The notes under the pieces were generated by a model. The model made no database searches and was not told where the DNA came from. It saw nothing but the letters and a program-made list of their open reading frames with translations. A stretch of 63,651 nt of DNA, from IMG/VR virus record IMGVR_UViG_3300037467_001235, positions 1-63,651 of that record. One strand, given 5' to 3'. This stretch comes from a virus (Duplodnaviria > Caudoviricetes). Positions 26,635-35,368 of the stretch are shown here, piece after piece. Numbering within the stretch: position 1 is the first letter of the stretch; every line of letters starts with the position of its first letter. The position numbers were made by a program, and so were the translations under genes.

Positions 26635-27420
26635 TTACGCGGCTGTGCCGTCGTCCCATTCGCCCCCGCGCGCGCCCGTAGCCTGCCGATCGCGAACCAC
26701 TTGCCGTTTCGACACACCCACCCGGACCGCGATCTCCTCCGCCGAAAACCCCACACGAGTCAGGCCGGCGACCTTCTCCCGCCGCCACTCGGCGAGCTCG
26801 GCGGTGCCGGTGCGGGTTTCGACACCCGACACCTTCGCGGCCACGCGAGGATCGTCTATGTCGTGGCCGTGCCAATCGAGGGGCGGTGCCCAGCCTCGGC
26901 GGCGTGACTGTGCGCGAGCCTTGTTCGCCGATTGCCCGATTGGTCCTGGGGTGCCGGAAAGCTGTTCGTAGCTGTCGTGGATCGCTTTCCACAGCGGCCA
27001 GTCGATAGCCGGGCGTTTCGAATCAGGGTGGGCGTAGCGGGACAGGATTTGCTTGTCGACACCGCAGTGCTCGGAGATGGCGTGCCATGTCCAGCCGAGC
27101 GCGTGGAGGGCGCGCAGGCGGCGGGCGGCGCCGATAGCGATCACGACTTGCTGGCGTTCGTTCGGGTGGAAGTCGACGGCACGGATCGCAGCGGCTTGGC
27201 GGATGCGGATGTTGTCGAACGCGCCACTGTTCGCGGCCACCACGCACGTGTATCCGACTCCAGCGTCACGGGCGATGGACGCCAGCGGCAGGCCCATGCC
27301 GGTGAGGGTGGCGATGTGGTCGCGGACTGGGGCGTTGGGGATGTAGCCGGGGGCGTCACCGAACCGGGTGACGTGCTCGTAGGCGGCTTTCTTCCTGCCC
27401 TGCGGCTCGTATCTGGACAT
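26635..27420 (-). CDS. multi-HTH DNA-binding protein (candidate transcription activator)
   Basis: RRLRALHALGW...GWAPPLDW..DIDDP and C-terminal GFSAEEIAVRVGVSKRQVVRDR HTH. Confidence 0.75.
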   Translation of the reverse strand: MSRYEPQGRKKAAYEHVTRFGDAPGYIPNAPVRDHIATLTGMGLPLASIARDAGVGYTCVVAANSGAFDNIRIRQAAAIRAVDFHPNERQQVVIAIGAARRLRALHALGWTWHAISEHCGVDKQILSRYAHPDSKRPAIDWPLWKAIHDSYEQLSGTPGPIGQSANKARAQSRRRGWAPPLDWHGHDIDDPRVAAKVSGVETRTGTAELAEWRREKVAGLTRVGFSAEEIAVRVGVSKRQVVRDRQATGARGGEWDDGTAA

Positions 27421-27462
27421 GCCCACAGCGCGCGGGGTGGGGACTTGTCTTGGCACTGGGAG

Positions 27463-27963
27463 TTATCCGATCGGGAACAGCGGGAGGGTTTCGGCGGTGA
27501 GGGTTGGCCGGCGCCGGGTGCGGGGTGGGTGGACGACGATCACCGAGGGGGGACAGGGCTGATCGGCGAGTCGCCGCATTTCGGCCAACTGTCCGATGAG
27601 TCGGTTTTCGGAGTCGCGGAGCCGGTCGCGGTCGGCCATGAGCTGGTTCATGGCATCAGGCGTGACGCGGGAGGCACGAACCTTGCTCTCCGCCTTCTCC
27701 ACTGCCGCCTCGGCGGCCAGTAGTTGGGTGGTGAGGACGGCTACGGGTTCGGTGCGGGCCATTTGGACGGTGCGGCGGGAGACGTGGAGCCAGGCGGCGA
27801 TGGTGTCGGTGGTGTGGCCGCGGTGGGTGAGGTGAGCGACCAGCCAGGCCCGGTCGCTGGCGGGGAGTTTCACGCCCTGGACACGCCCAGCTATCGCGGC
27901 GTCGATCAAGCATTCATCCGGGTTCCAGCGGGGCTGGTGCATGGTCAGGACGGTCACGGTCAC
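27463..27963 (-). CDS. HTH DNA-binding protein
   Basis: GHTTDTIAAWLHVSRRTVQ HTH plus coiled coil. Confidence 0.7.
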   Translation of the reverse strand: MTVTVLTMHQPRWNPDECLIDAAIAGRVQGVKLPASDRAWLVAHLTHRGHTTDTIAAWLHVSRRTVQMARTEPVAVLTTQLLAAEAAVEKAESKVRASRVTPDAMNQLMADRDRLRDSENRLIGQLAEMRRLADQPCPPSVIVVHPPRTRRRPTLTAETLPLFPIG

Positions 27964-28967
27964 CTCCGGGTAGCGGTTACGGGGGCTGTACGGGCCATGG
28001 CCGGGCCAGAAAGGTCCGGCGGAGGGGTGGCGCTGTATCGGCGCGGCTTCGACGCGAGAGCGGCACGTACCTTGGCGGCGCCGCGGCGCGCGGTCTCCAC
28101 TGCGTGCGGGTCGTGGAGGCACTTCACCGCGGGAGCGCTGAATCCGTCGTCGTCGCACATGCCGCAGGCGGTGATCTCGTCGGCTTCGGCGCGGTGCTTC
28201 GCGGCCAGCTGTTCGCGTTCGGCGGCGGCGCGGGCGTGGGCGGCGCGTTCCTCCCACGCTTTACGTTCCAGCCGGTTCGCCTTGCATCGACCGCACGGGA
28301 CATCGCCGGGATTGCCGGGATGGTCCGGGCACCAGGGTGCCGGGGCCTCGTCGGGGACAGCGTTGGCCGGAGCGGGCTCGGGTTCGGGTTCGACTGATTC
28401 AGCCGGGAGGGGGGTGGGGTTATCCACAGGCTCGGCGGGCGGCAAGTGAGGTACCCCGGAAACGCAACCCCCCTCATTGGTTCTATGGACGGTTCTAAAG
28501 GACGGTTCTATAGAGGGGACACCTGTGTCCCCCCGCGACCGGTCACCCGTGTCCCCCCGCGAGGGGACACCCATGTCCCCCCGTTCGGATTGTCCGGCCG
28601 CAGATGTCTGGGCGCGGGGGGACAATTTGCCCCCCCGTTTCGACGCCCCCTCCACACCCTCCGACTCGTCCTCACTGCGGCGCATCGACAAGTTCAAGTC
28701 CCACACCACCGGACGGCGATCCTTCGGCAGATGCGCCACTAACCGCTGATCCCCACGACGAATCAGCCCACGCTGCTCCATCGCCTTCAAGTGCCGGCGC
28801 ACAGTGCGCTCGTCGCAGCGCCCCAACTTCGCCAGGGTGGATTGCTTCTGGAACGACGCGGTGCCGTCGGCGTGCGCGACATCCGCCATCGCCCACAGGA
28901 TCACCAACTCCTGCGCAGAGATGGTGGGGGCATCGTGCAGGGCCCAGGTGGTGGCAGCGAGACTCAT
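27960..28967 (-). CDS. replication initiator (HTH_36-like)
   Basis: LVILWAMAD...STLAKLGRCDERTVRRHL...RRPVVWDL; internal DNA repeats; C-terminal Cys motifs. Confidence 0.85.
   Translation of the reverse strand: MSLAATTWALHDAPTISAQELVILWAMADVAHADGTASFQKQSTLAKLGRCDERTVRRHLKAMEQRGLIRRGDQRLVAHLPKDRRPVVWDLNLSMRRSEDESEGVEGASKRGGKLSPRAQTSAAGQSERGDMGVPSRGDTGDRSRGDTGVPSIEPSFRTVHRTNEGGCVSGVPHLPPAEPVDNPTPLPAESVEPEPEPAPANAVPDEAPAPWCPDHPGNPGDVPCGRCKANRLERKAWEERAAHARAAAEREQLAAKHRAEADEITACGMCDDDGFSAPAVKCLHDPHAVETARRGAAKVRAALASKPRRYSATPPPDLSGPAMARTAPVTATRR
28420..28428 (+). promoter_or_regulatory. DnaA box
   Basis: Perfect TTATCCACA inside the initiator gene, near the iterons. Confidence 0.6.
28513..28636. 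repeat. iteron-like repeats (putative origin)
   Basis: GGGGACA..TGTCCCC units at 24-bp period, encoding RGDMGVPS/RGDTGDRS/RGDTGVPS. Confidence 0.75.
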
Positions 28968-29461
28968 TCGGCACCACCCAGAATCTTCGCGTCCTCCGCC
29001 GGACTGCCGAGTGAGACCGTGCCATCCTCAGCGATGGTGACGCTCACGCCCAGGAGTGCCCGTGCAGCCGACAGGGCGGTGGATTCGATAGCGGGGCGGG
29101 AGTTCAGGATCTCGACGGCGAGAGCGATCCTCAGCGGCCAATCAGCCGCCCCCGTCGAATCGCTCTTCCTCCGGTTGCATGGCGAACACGCCGACCGGAG
29201 ATTGTCGTCGGTGTTCTTGCCGCCCAGCGCCCGCGGCATGATGTGGTCGAGTTCGAGGAACACTGTGCGATCGCCGATTACGCAGAACGGGGCATTGTGC
29301 CCCCTCTCCTGCTTCGGCGTGGTGGGAGGTATGCGACGGCCGCAGTACTGGCACGTCCAATCGTCACGCTCGTAGACGCGACGACGCCGGCCGGGCGTGA
29401 TCTTCGGGGCCGGCAGGTAGCGCAGTCTGATGGGGGTTGTCGTCGCGTGGGTGTGGCTCAT
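28964..29461 (-). CDS. HNH endonuclease
   Basis: VYERDDWTCQYCG...LDHIMPRALGG...NLRSACSPCNRRK. Confidence 0.9.
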   Translation of the reverse strand: MSHTHATTTPIRLRYLPAPKITPGRRRRVYERDDWTCQYCGRRIPPTTPKQERGHNAPFCVIGDRTVFLELDHIMPRALGGKNTDDNLRSACSPCNRRKSDSTGAADWPLRIALAVEILNSRPAIESTALSAARALLGVSVTIAEDGTVSLGSPAEDAKILGGAE

Positions 29462-29512
29462 TTCCGGCTCCAATCCGGTTGGTGCCAGCTGACTGGCGAT
29501 GACTTGATGATA
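29459..29512 (-). promoter_or_regulatory. -10 plus double-hairpin leader copy G
   Basis: TATCAT-6nt-ATC GCCAG-TCAG-CTGGC ACCAA CCGG-ATTGGAG-CCGG AA ATG. Confidence 0.8.
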
Positions 29513-29556
29513 TGGGCACAGCAGCGAGGGGACCGCGCAAACGCGGCCCCCTCAAT

Positions 29557-29901
29557 TCATGCGGCGGGTTCGGGCTCACGCATCCCGCCCGAGTCGTCCA
29601 GCAGAACCCAACGCCCCCACAGATTCACGGGGACCGCGTCCGGGTCCTGCTGTTGAGCCACCAGATACCCGTGCTCGCGGGCCCATTCCCGGTTACGTTC
29701 GATCCGCTCATGACACCCGTCGTCCACATCGAGAAGGTTCGCCGCACGGTTGGTGGACACGCGGCGGCTACCTCCCATTCCTCGCGGCCGCCGATGGTGG
29801 ATCTGGTTCGCGCGTCGGGCGCCGCAGATTTCGCACACCCCGCCGGAGCGGGCGCGGACGATCGCCACGGCCACACGGGACGGGTTCGTGTTGCGGGCCA
29901 T
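29557..29901 (-). CDS. HNH endonuclease
   Basis: RSGGVCEICG..HHRRPRGMGG..NLL...CHERIE. Confidence 0.85.
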   Translation of the reverse strand: MARNTNPSRVAVAIVRARSGGVCEICGARRANQIHHRRPRGMGGSRRVSTNRAANLLDVDDGCHERIERNREWAREHGYLVAQQQDPDAVPVNLWGRWVLLDDSGGMREPEPAA

Positions 29902-30353
29902 CAGAACTCACCGCCCTTCACATACCGGTCATGCAGCACCAGCGACCCGGCCACTGAGACGTTCAGCGAACCCGCCGCAGGACTCGGGATCTGCACCACG
30001 TAATGGCAGCGCTTCAACACCCCATCAGGCAGACCGTGATCCTCGGCGCCCAACAGATAGAGGGCCCGGCGCGGATGCTCGAAGGTCGTGAGCGCTTCGG
30101 CGCGGTCATCCAACTCGATTCCCACCAACGGACAGCCGTGGGGCAGATGGGCTACCAAATCCTCGATGTCGGAGAAATGCTGCAACGGGATCTTGTTCGG
30201 AGCCTTGCAAGTATCGGACGCCTGCGGCGAATAGCGGCGTCCCACTGTCGCCAGCATCGCCGCCCCATAGGTGTGCGCCGACCGCCACAGCGTCCCGACG
30301 TTCACCTCATGCTTCGGATGCCACACCGCGACCCCGAAATACCCGGCGGTCAT
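29901..30353 (-). CDS. SpoU/TrmH-family RNA 2'-O-methyltransferase
   Basis: SPOUT motifs NVGTLWRSA, LLGAEDHGL, VQIP...SLNVSVAG. Confidence 0.9.
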   Translation of the reverse strand: MTAGYFGVAVWHPKHEVNVGTLWRSAHTYGAAMLATVGRRYSPQASDTCKAPNKIPLQHFSDIEDLVAHLPHGCPLVGIELDDRAEALTTFEHPRRALYLLGAEDHGLPDGVLKRCHYVVQIPSPAAGSLNVSVAGSLVLHDRYVKGGEF

Positions 30354-30727
30354 GCACCAACCCCCCGACCGGCGATCTCGTATTGCGCCCGGACGCTGGC
30401 ACCGATCGATTGGACAGCGGAGAGCTGATCTTTCAGTGCTTCCGCCTGTGACTTCGCGTAGTGGTAGGCGATGTCGGCGACGGTCAGCTCGTCGCGCAGC
30501 TGTTCGGTGGCGATGATCGCGGCGTACTTCTTGGCGTGCGCCGGGCCGCTGTAGTTCATGTAGGCGCGGGCGTTCGCCTTCTCTAAAGCGTTCTTCGCGT
30601 GCGCGTACGCGGAATACGCCTCCGCCAGCGCGTCAACGCCTTTCGTGATCTGCTCATCAATCCACGCCAGCCGCTGTTCCACAGCGACTGGCGACCACAC
30701 CTCACGCGCCTTGCGGTTCTCACTCAT
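30350..30727 (-). CDS. hypothetical coiled-coil protein
   Basis: MSENRKAREVWSPVAVEQRL...LSAVQSIGASVR. Confidence 0.75.
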   Translation of the reverse strand: MSENRKAREVWSPVAVEQRLAWIDEQITKGVDALAEAYSAYAHAKNALEKANARAYMNYSGPAHAKKYAAIIATEQLRDELTVADIAYHYAKSQAEALKDQLSAVQSIGASVRAQYEIAGRGVGA

Positions 30728-31388
30728 GCGCGATTGCCGCCAACTCGGCATCCTGCTGCGCCGCGTGCTCAGAGCGGTAGCGTTCGGCCAGCGCCCGAAT
30801 CGCTTCCGCGTCCGTGGTGGAGCGGATGTCGAGACCGTCGGTGTCGGATGCGAAGTCCCGCACCGCTTGTTGGGGGTCAATCCCCAGTTCATCGCACAGA
30901 GTCAGCAAATCCGCGCGTGCCGCATCCGCAGGGTTGGGCGCGCGTTCGGCGCTCCGCTCGTGCGAACTGGCGTCCGGGTCCGGCTCGTTCGTGGGGATCG
31001 TCAACCCCTGCAACAGGAACACGCGGTAGGCCACGCTCTGCGCCTTCGATACAGCCTTGTCGCCGGAGTCGCTGGCCTGCCCGAACGTCACACCGGAAAA
31101 CGAATCCCCGGCGGGGCCGAACACGGTGTACCGCATACGGACCACCGCACCCTGCATCAGCGAGCCCTTCGCCGTCTGGTACCGCTCCAGCTGGATGTCC
31201 TCGGCGGTCGGAAGGATCACCACACCATGCTCACGCAGCACCGGACCGACCGTGTCCATGACGGTGTCGATTCCGCGGAAGTGGAACCGCTGGTCTTTGT
31301 TGTATTCGCCCTTGCTGATCGCCTGCACGTCAGCCATGACCGCGGAGAACGCTTCGAGTGCGGACGGTTTCGCGTCGGCCACGCTCAC
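30720..31388 (-). CDS. ERF-family ssDNA annealing protein
   Basis: FHFRGIDTVMDTVGPVLREHG...DSGDKAVSKAQSVAYR. Confidence 0.9.
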   Translation of the reverse strand: MSVADAKPSALEAFSAVMADVQAISKGEYNKDQRFHFRGIDTVMDTVGPVLREHGVVILPTAEDIQLERYQTAKGSLMQGAVVRMRYTVFGPAGDSFSGVTFGQASDSGDKAVSKAQSVAYRVFLLQGLTIPTNEPDPDASSHERSAERAPNPADAARADLLTLCDELGIDPQQAVRDFASDTDGLDIRSTTDAEAIRALAERYRSEHAAQQDAELAAIAHE

Positions 31389-31954
31389 GCCTCCAGCTCA
31401 CGCAGGACCGGCGACGCAGCGATCATCGACGCAATCACCGTCCGCGCGTTCTTCGCCGGCGTCACCGTCAACGTCGGAGTAGCGAGGCGGCGTTGCGTGC
31501 CCGGAACATCCTCGGACGCGGCGCGATCCAGGGCGCGTTCCTTCAACGTCGCCGGAACCGACGAATGCACCGTCACCAGGTGAGGTGCGTGCTCCCGCAG
31601 GACGTCGATCACCTCATCGTTATCGGGATCGATCTCGGTCCACACCTCGATCTTGTCGGGCCAGGTTGCGCGGCAATACTGTTCGAACACCTCCCGGTCG
31701 GTGACGTACGCGACAGGGTCCGGGTTCGACATGGTGGCGGTACCGAGGGTGAGGGTTTCATCCTGCGGGTTGAACGCGGTCACCTTGGAGCCGCGTTCGA
31801 GGCGGGTTTTCAGTTCGGCCCGGTGCGCGTCGTTCTGCTCCTTCACCCACTTGGCGAGGGCGGCGAGGGCAGCCGCGCGGGCGGCCAGAGTTTGGGTGTC
31901 CATTTCCTCGAGGGGGTTACTCACGGCGCGCTCCTGATCGGTTATGGTGGACAT
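31385..31954 (-). CDS. hypothetical protein
   Basis: MSTITDQER...; start uncertain. Confidence 0.7.
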   Translation of the reverse strand: MSTITDQERAVSNPLEEMDTQTLAARAAALAALAKWVKEQNDAHRAELKTRLERGSKVTAFNPQDETLTLGTATMSNPDPVAYVTDREVFEQYCRATWPDKIEVWTEIDPDNDEVIDVLREHAPHLVTVHSSVPATLKERALDRAASEDVPGTQRRLATPTLTVTPAKNARTVIASMIAASPVLRELEA

Positions 31955-32031
31955 GGCGATTGATTCCCTTTCGTTTGTGAGTTGGGGCCCGCACCTGTTC
32001 GCACCAGGTGCGGGTTTCGTCTTTCTGGGGG

Positions 32032-32859
32032 TCATTGCGCGGCAGCGAGAATCGGCAGGGCTTCACCGCCGCCGAGCCGCTTGTGGAGGGCGGCCAGACC
32101 TTTCGCGGTGACCCGGATCGTCGGTGGCGGATTCCGCAACTCCCCAGACGGTTCGTGCAGGTACGGCTTGCCTAGCTTCTCCACCAGACGCCCGTTGTCG
32201 ACCTGTGTCTGATACGCCTTCCACGCGCCTGCGGAGGCGTCACGGAAGATCCAGCCTTCCCCCTGCATGAACCGGAACAGCCGGTCACGACCGATGGAGA
32301 TGGACGGATCGCGGGACAGGACTTTCGCGGCATCGGCGACGGAGTAGTCCCCGCTGGATTCAGCGAGGTGCGACCACGCGGACGCGGGGGCGTGCAATGC
32401 ACGGGCGTGGTTCTCAGCCTCGATACGCGCGGCCTGCTCGGTCTCGGCGCGTTCCTCGGCGGCCACCAGCTGGCGGGCGTACTCCAGCGGGGTCAGCCGC
32501 TCGACCGCCTGTCCATAGCCTCCGGTGCGTCGGATCTCTGGAAGCACCTCGGTAGTGATCCAGCGGCGGACCTTGCGGGCCTGATCCTTGTTGCTCTGGA
32601 AGATCAGCGCCCACATCCCGGACTCGTTGACGATCGTCAACATCTGGACTTGGGGCGCGATACCCGTGAAAAAGTGCGGAGTATCTGACCTGCGCAAACT
32701 GCGCTTGTCGTCGTCATCCACCATCTTCAACGCCGAGCTGGTGTCGCGGAGGTCGAGCATCCGACAGGCATCGGCCGCGACGAACCACGGCTCGGAATCG
32801 ATTGTGAGCGTTCGAAGTTCGAAGCCCTCGTAGGCGAAGGGCATCAGTTCATTGCTCAC
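32032..32859 (-). CDS. antirepressor (BRO-N plus KilAC/ANT domains)
   Basis: EPWFVAADAC...VNESG...WITTEVLPEIRRTGGY; SVADAAKVL..GRDRLF..RVTAKG. Confidence 0.9.
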   Translation of the reverse strand: MSNELMPFAYEGFELRTLTIDSEPWFVAADACRMLDLRDTSSALKMVDDDDKRSLRRSDTPHFFTGIAPQVQMLTIVNESGMWALIFQSNKDQARKVRRWITTEVLPEIRRTGGYGQAVERLTPLEYARQLVAAEERAETEQAARIEAENHARALHAPASAWSHLAESSGDYSVADAAKVLSRDPSISIGRDRLFRFMQGEGWIFRDASAGAWKAYQTQVDNGRLVEKLGKPYLHEPSGELRNPPPTIRVTAKGLAALHKRLGGGEALPILAAAQ

Positions 32860-33011
32860 GCCGCTTCCCCCCGCTGTCGACGGATGACGGGGAGAAGGGC
32901 CCCGCGGATGATGGCCTTCTGACGGTCGGAGAGGGGTGGGGCTGCAGCCACCAGCTCCTCGATCCGCTTCGCCATGTTGGCTTCGCTCTTCGCGGACCGG
33001 CGTGCGCTCAT
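32856..33011 (-). CDS. putative recombination directionality factor, phiRv1 Rv1584c-like (51 aa)
   Basis: MSARRSAKSEANMAKRIEELVAAAPPLSDRQKAIIRGALLPVIRRQRGEAA; ATGA/GTGA overlaps; AAAPPL(S/T)DxQ motif. Confidence 0.75.
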   Translation of the reverse strand: MSARRSAKSEANMAKRIEELVAAAPPLSDRQKAIIRGALLPVIRRQRGEAA

Positions 33012-33247
33012 ACCGCATCACCTGCCGCTGCCTCGTCATCGGGGAGTAGATCGGCGGCTCGGACGCCGAGTACTCGCGCGATGGCGATTAGCTGGGCTGC
33101 TTTGATATCGCGCCTGCCGTTTTCGAGTCGGAAGATCGTCGCGGAGCTGAGGCCGGCGCGCGAAGCCAGCTCCTCTTGCGTGATCCTGAGCCTTGCCCTT
33201 GCTGCGCGTAGCTCGTCAGCGAGCCTCGCCCTGCCCTTGCCTTCCAT
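33008..33247 (-). CDS. Cro-like XRE HTH protein
   Basis: ITQEELASRAGLSSATIFRLENG; first gene of the leftward operon. Confidence 0.85.
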   Translation of the reverse strand: MEGKGRARLADELRAARARLRITQEELASRAGLSSATIFRLENGRRDIKAAQLIAIARVLGVRAADLLPDDEAAAGDAV

Positions 33248-33259
33248 GCGGTTGATTCA

Positions 33260-33277
33260 ACCAGCCAATTGGATGGT
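33260..33277. promoter_or_regulatory. putative operator
   Basis: Near-palindrome ACCAGCCAATTGGATGGT between divergent HTH genes. Confidence 0.6.
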
Positions 33278-33366
33278 CGTCAAGTCCGAACGGCTGGCGG
33301 TTTGCTGGCCTGGAATGGGGATAGGCCCGTTTGCCAAACCTCCGAACAGGCGACACAATTGGCCGC

Positions 33367-33627
33367 ATGGACGGTACAGACATCCGGGCCGACGAAACGT
33401 TGGTCGACAAGGCGCACCGCGCGATATCGGATCACTTACGCGCGGAGCGAGCGCGGGCGGACTTGACGCAAGCTCAGCTCGCGGAGAAAAGCGGACTGGC
33501 CGAGATCACTATCTACCGGCTCGAGAAGAACCAGCGAAAGATGACGCTTACCCAGCTTTTCGCGATAGCTGAGGCACTCGGGGTCAAGCCGGGCGACTTT
33601 CTGGATTCAGCACAGTCCCATATGTGA
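33367..33627 (+). CDS. XRE HTH repressor candidate
   Basis: LTQAQLAEKSGLAEITIYRLEK; divergent from cro; CACAAT -10 suggests leaderless start. Confidence 0.85.
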   Translation: MDGTDIRADETLVDKAHRAISDHLRAERARADLTQAQLAEKSGLAEITIYRLEKNQRKMTLTQLFAIAEALGVKPGDFLDSAQSHM

Positions 33628-33804
33628 CAGCAGGCGACTCGGTTCGAGACCGAGGCGCATTGCCACGGCAACAACATCGGCTGCCGCCATGTACCGCGCA
33701 CAGGCGCGCGTGGACTCGGGATCGCCGGGCGCGGGCGTGAGCGCGGGCAGCGGTTGCAGCCGTTGTGTCAGTTCAGTGTTACTGCGAAGCGTTTCGTTCG
33801 ACAT
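33607..33804 (-). CDS. small protein downstream of a LexA box
   Basis: GGAGGG RBS; MSNETLRSN... 65 aa. Confidence 0.55.
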   Translation of the reverse strand: MSNETLRSNTELTQRLQPLPALTPAPGDPESTRACARYMAAADVVAVAMRLGLEPSRLLSHMGLC

Positions 33805-33835
33805 GAGCCCTCCGCCTCGTGCAATCGTCCCGCAA

Positions 33836-33851
33836 TCGAACATACATTCGA
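33836..33851. promoter_or_regulatory. LexA (SOS) box
   Basis: TCGAAC-ATAC-ATTCGA, one mismatch from actinobacterial TCGAAC-N4-GTTCGA. Confidence 0.75.
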
Positions 33852-34145
33852 ACGATGTCGATTGGAAGGACCCTCGCAAAGATGTGGCAGCCGCTGGTCT
33901 AGACCGCCGAGCAGTCGGATTGATCTGCCCAGGCTCATGGTGTGAAACGCCATCGGTGCTGGATGGCATCTTGTGCCCCCTCGCGCTGGGGCAAGATCGC
34001 CGATCTTGCTGTTTACCAAAAGTTTTCAAATCGATAATACGAGCGCGTGACAGGTATTTGCCGGAGAATCGTCCCATCTTCCGGATTCGTTACCTGAGGC
34101 AACTGGCAGCTACGGCTACGCATAGCATCCAATCAGATTCTATCG

Positions 34146-34167
34146 GCATCCGATCGGATGCTATCGT
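34146..34167 (+). promoter_or_regulatory. palindromic operator abutting -10 of the double-HTH gene
   Basis: GCATCCGATCGGATGC then TATCGT, 7 nt before ATG 34175. Confidence 0.65.
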
Positions 34168-34174
34168 GGCCCCT

Positions 34175-34744
34175 ATGCTGAATCACGCCGCAAGCAGCCC
34201 GCAACGCGATGAGCGCCACGCCGCTATCCGGGCCGCGGTCGCTTCGGAACTGCGCGCAGAGATCGGACGACAGAACCTCGATCAAGGTCAAGTTGCCGAG
34301 CGAGTTGGCATGTCTCGCATCACCGTTAACCGCCTGCTCAACGAGCACCGATCGATCGACTCCGTCCAGTTGTTCGACTTCGCAGACGGCTTAGGCATCG
34401 ACATCGGCAACCTGATGAGCCGCGCACGCCAGAAATACACCGAGCAATTGCGCGCCATGGATGAGGACCGTACGGTCCACACAGGGGGACCGTCTGTTCT
34501 CGATGGCATCATTGGCGAACAGCTGCGCCGAGAACGTGTTGAGCGCAAGATGTCTCGCGCCGCTCTGGGAGCTGCTGCTGGGATCAGCGATAAGACCATC
34601 CAGCGCATCGAAGATGGAACACGATCGGGCGACATCCGCCAAATCGCCGCGATCCTAGCCGTTCTCGGCATAGCCCTCGACACCTTCGTCGCCGAGGCAC
34701 TCAAAGCGACCCCGAACGGGACTCACATGGACCCGACTATGTAA
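34175..34744 (+). CDS. tandem double-XRE HTH protein (immunity repressor candidate)
   Basis: LDQGQVAERVGMSRITVNRLLN and MSRAALGAAAGISDKTIQRIEDG. Confidence 0.85.
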   Translation: MLNHAASSPQRDERHAAIRAAVASELRAEIGRQNLDQGQVAERVGMSRITVNRLLNEHRSIDSVQLFDFADGLGIDIGNLMSRARQKYTEQLRAMDEDRTVHTGGPSVLDGIIGEQLRRERVERKMSRAALGAAAGISDKTIQRIEDGTRSGDIRQIAAILAVLGIALDTFVAEALKATPNGTHMDPTM

Positions 34745-34807
34745 CAGTGGTCTCTTCCGAGGCGATCAATCCGCGATCCGCCAACCGGAAACTCGCAGGG
34801 GAGACAC

Positions 34808-35368
34808 ATGAAACTCGCAGGGGCAGCTGCCATCACGATCATCGCCACCGCCGCGCTCGCAGGATGCTCATCCAACGACAACACCAGCGCGCACGCCGAC
34901 ACCGGCACCGGTACTCCAGCCAAGGCGCCGGCCACCGCCGCGCCCATCCCGGTCACCATCGGTCAGCCGTTCCTGATCAGCAGTTCCAAGGGCACAACCG
35001 GATTGGTCACCGTCGACAAGATCGAGCTCAACCCGACCTGCACCACCAAGTTCGGTCCGGTCACCCCGCCGAAAGGCACCAACGTAGCCGTCGAACTGGA
35101 CGTGCAAACCAACGCCATCCCGCCCAGCACCTACATCACCGAAAACTGGTTCCAGGAACTCACCCCCGACGGCTACACGAAACGCCTGCCGATGGCCGAC
35201 AACCTGTGCATCGCCGACCGCGAAGACATGGGCACCCCCTACCAGCCGAACTCGAAGTACCACGGCTGGGTGCTGCTCGACGTCTCCAATACCGCATCCT
35301 CCCTGCTGATGTCGGACATCTACGACGGCCGCCCTGTCCCCGAAGTGCACCGCATCCCGATCAGCTGA
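34808..35368 (+). CDS. lipoprotein (superinfection-exclusion candidate)
   Basis: Lipobox LAGC; lies between repressor and integrase. Confidence 0.8.
   Translation: MKLAGAAAITIIATAALAGCSSNDNTSAHADTGTGTPAKAPATAAPIPVTIGQPFLISSSKGTTGLVTVDKIELNPTCTTKFGPVTPPKGTNVAVELDVQTNAIPPSTYITENWFQELTPDGYTKRLPMADNLCIADREDMGTPYQPNSKYHGWVLLDVSNTASSLLMSDIYDGRPVPEVHRIPIS

Noticed and set aside
6804-29512. Dispersed repeats as a CRISPR array, integron attC sites or DGR
   Set aside because: Irregular kb-scale spacing; no cas, integron integrase or reverse transcriptase; no template/variable repeat pair seen
33689-34174. 351-aa ORF extension containing a second PSVLDGI
   Set aside because: The upstream part overlaps the SOS box, operators and an antisense gene; the start at 34175 is better supported, and the peptide echo may be chance or a relic
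34778-34792. CCAACCGGAAA resembling the leader-motif linker
   Set aside because: Neither hairpin is complete; not counted as a ninth copy
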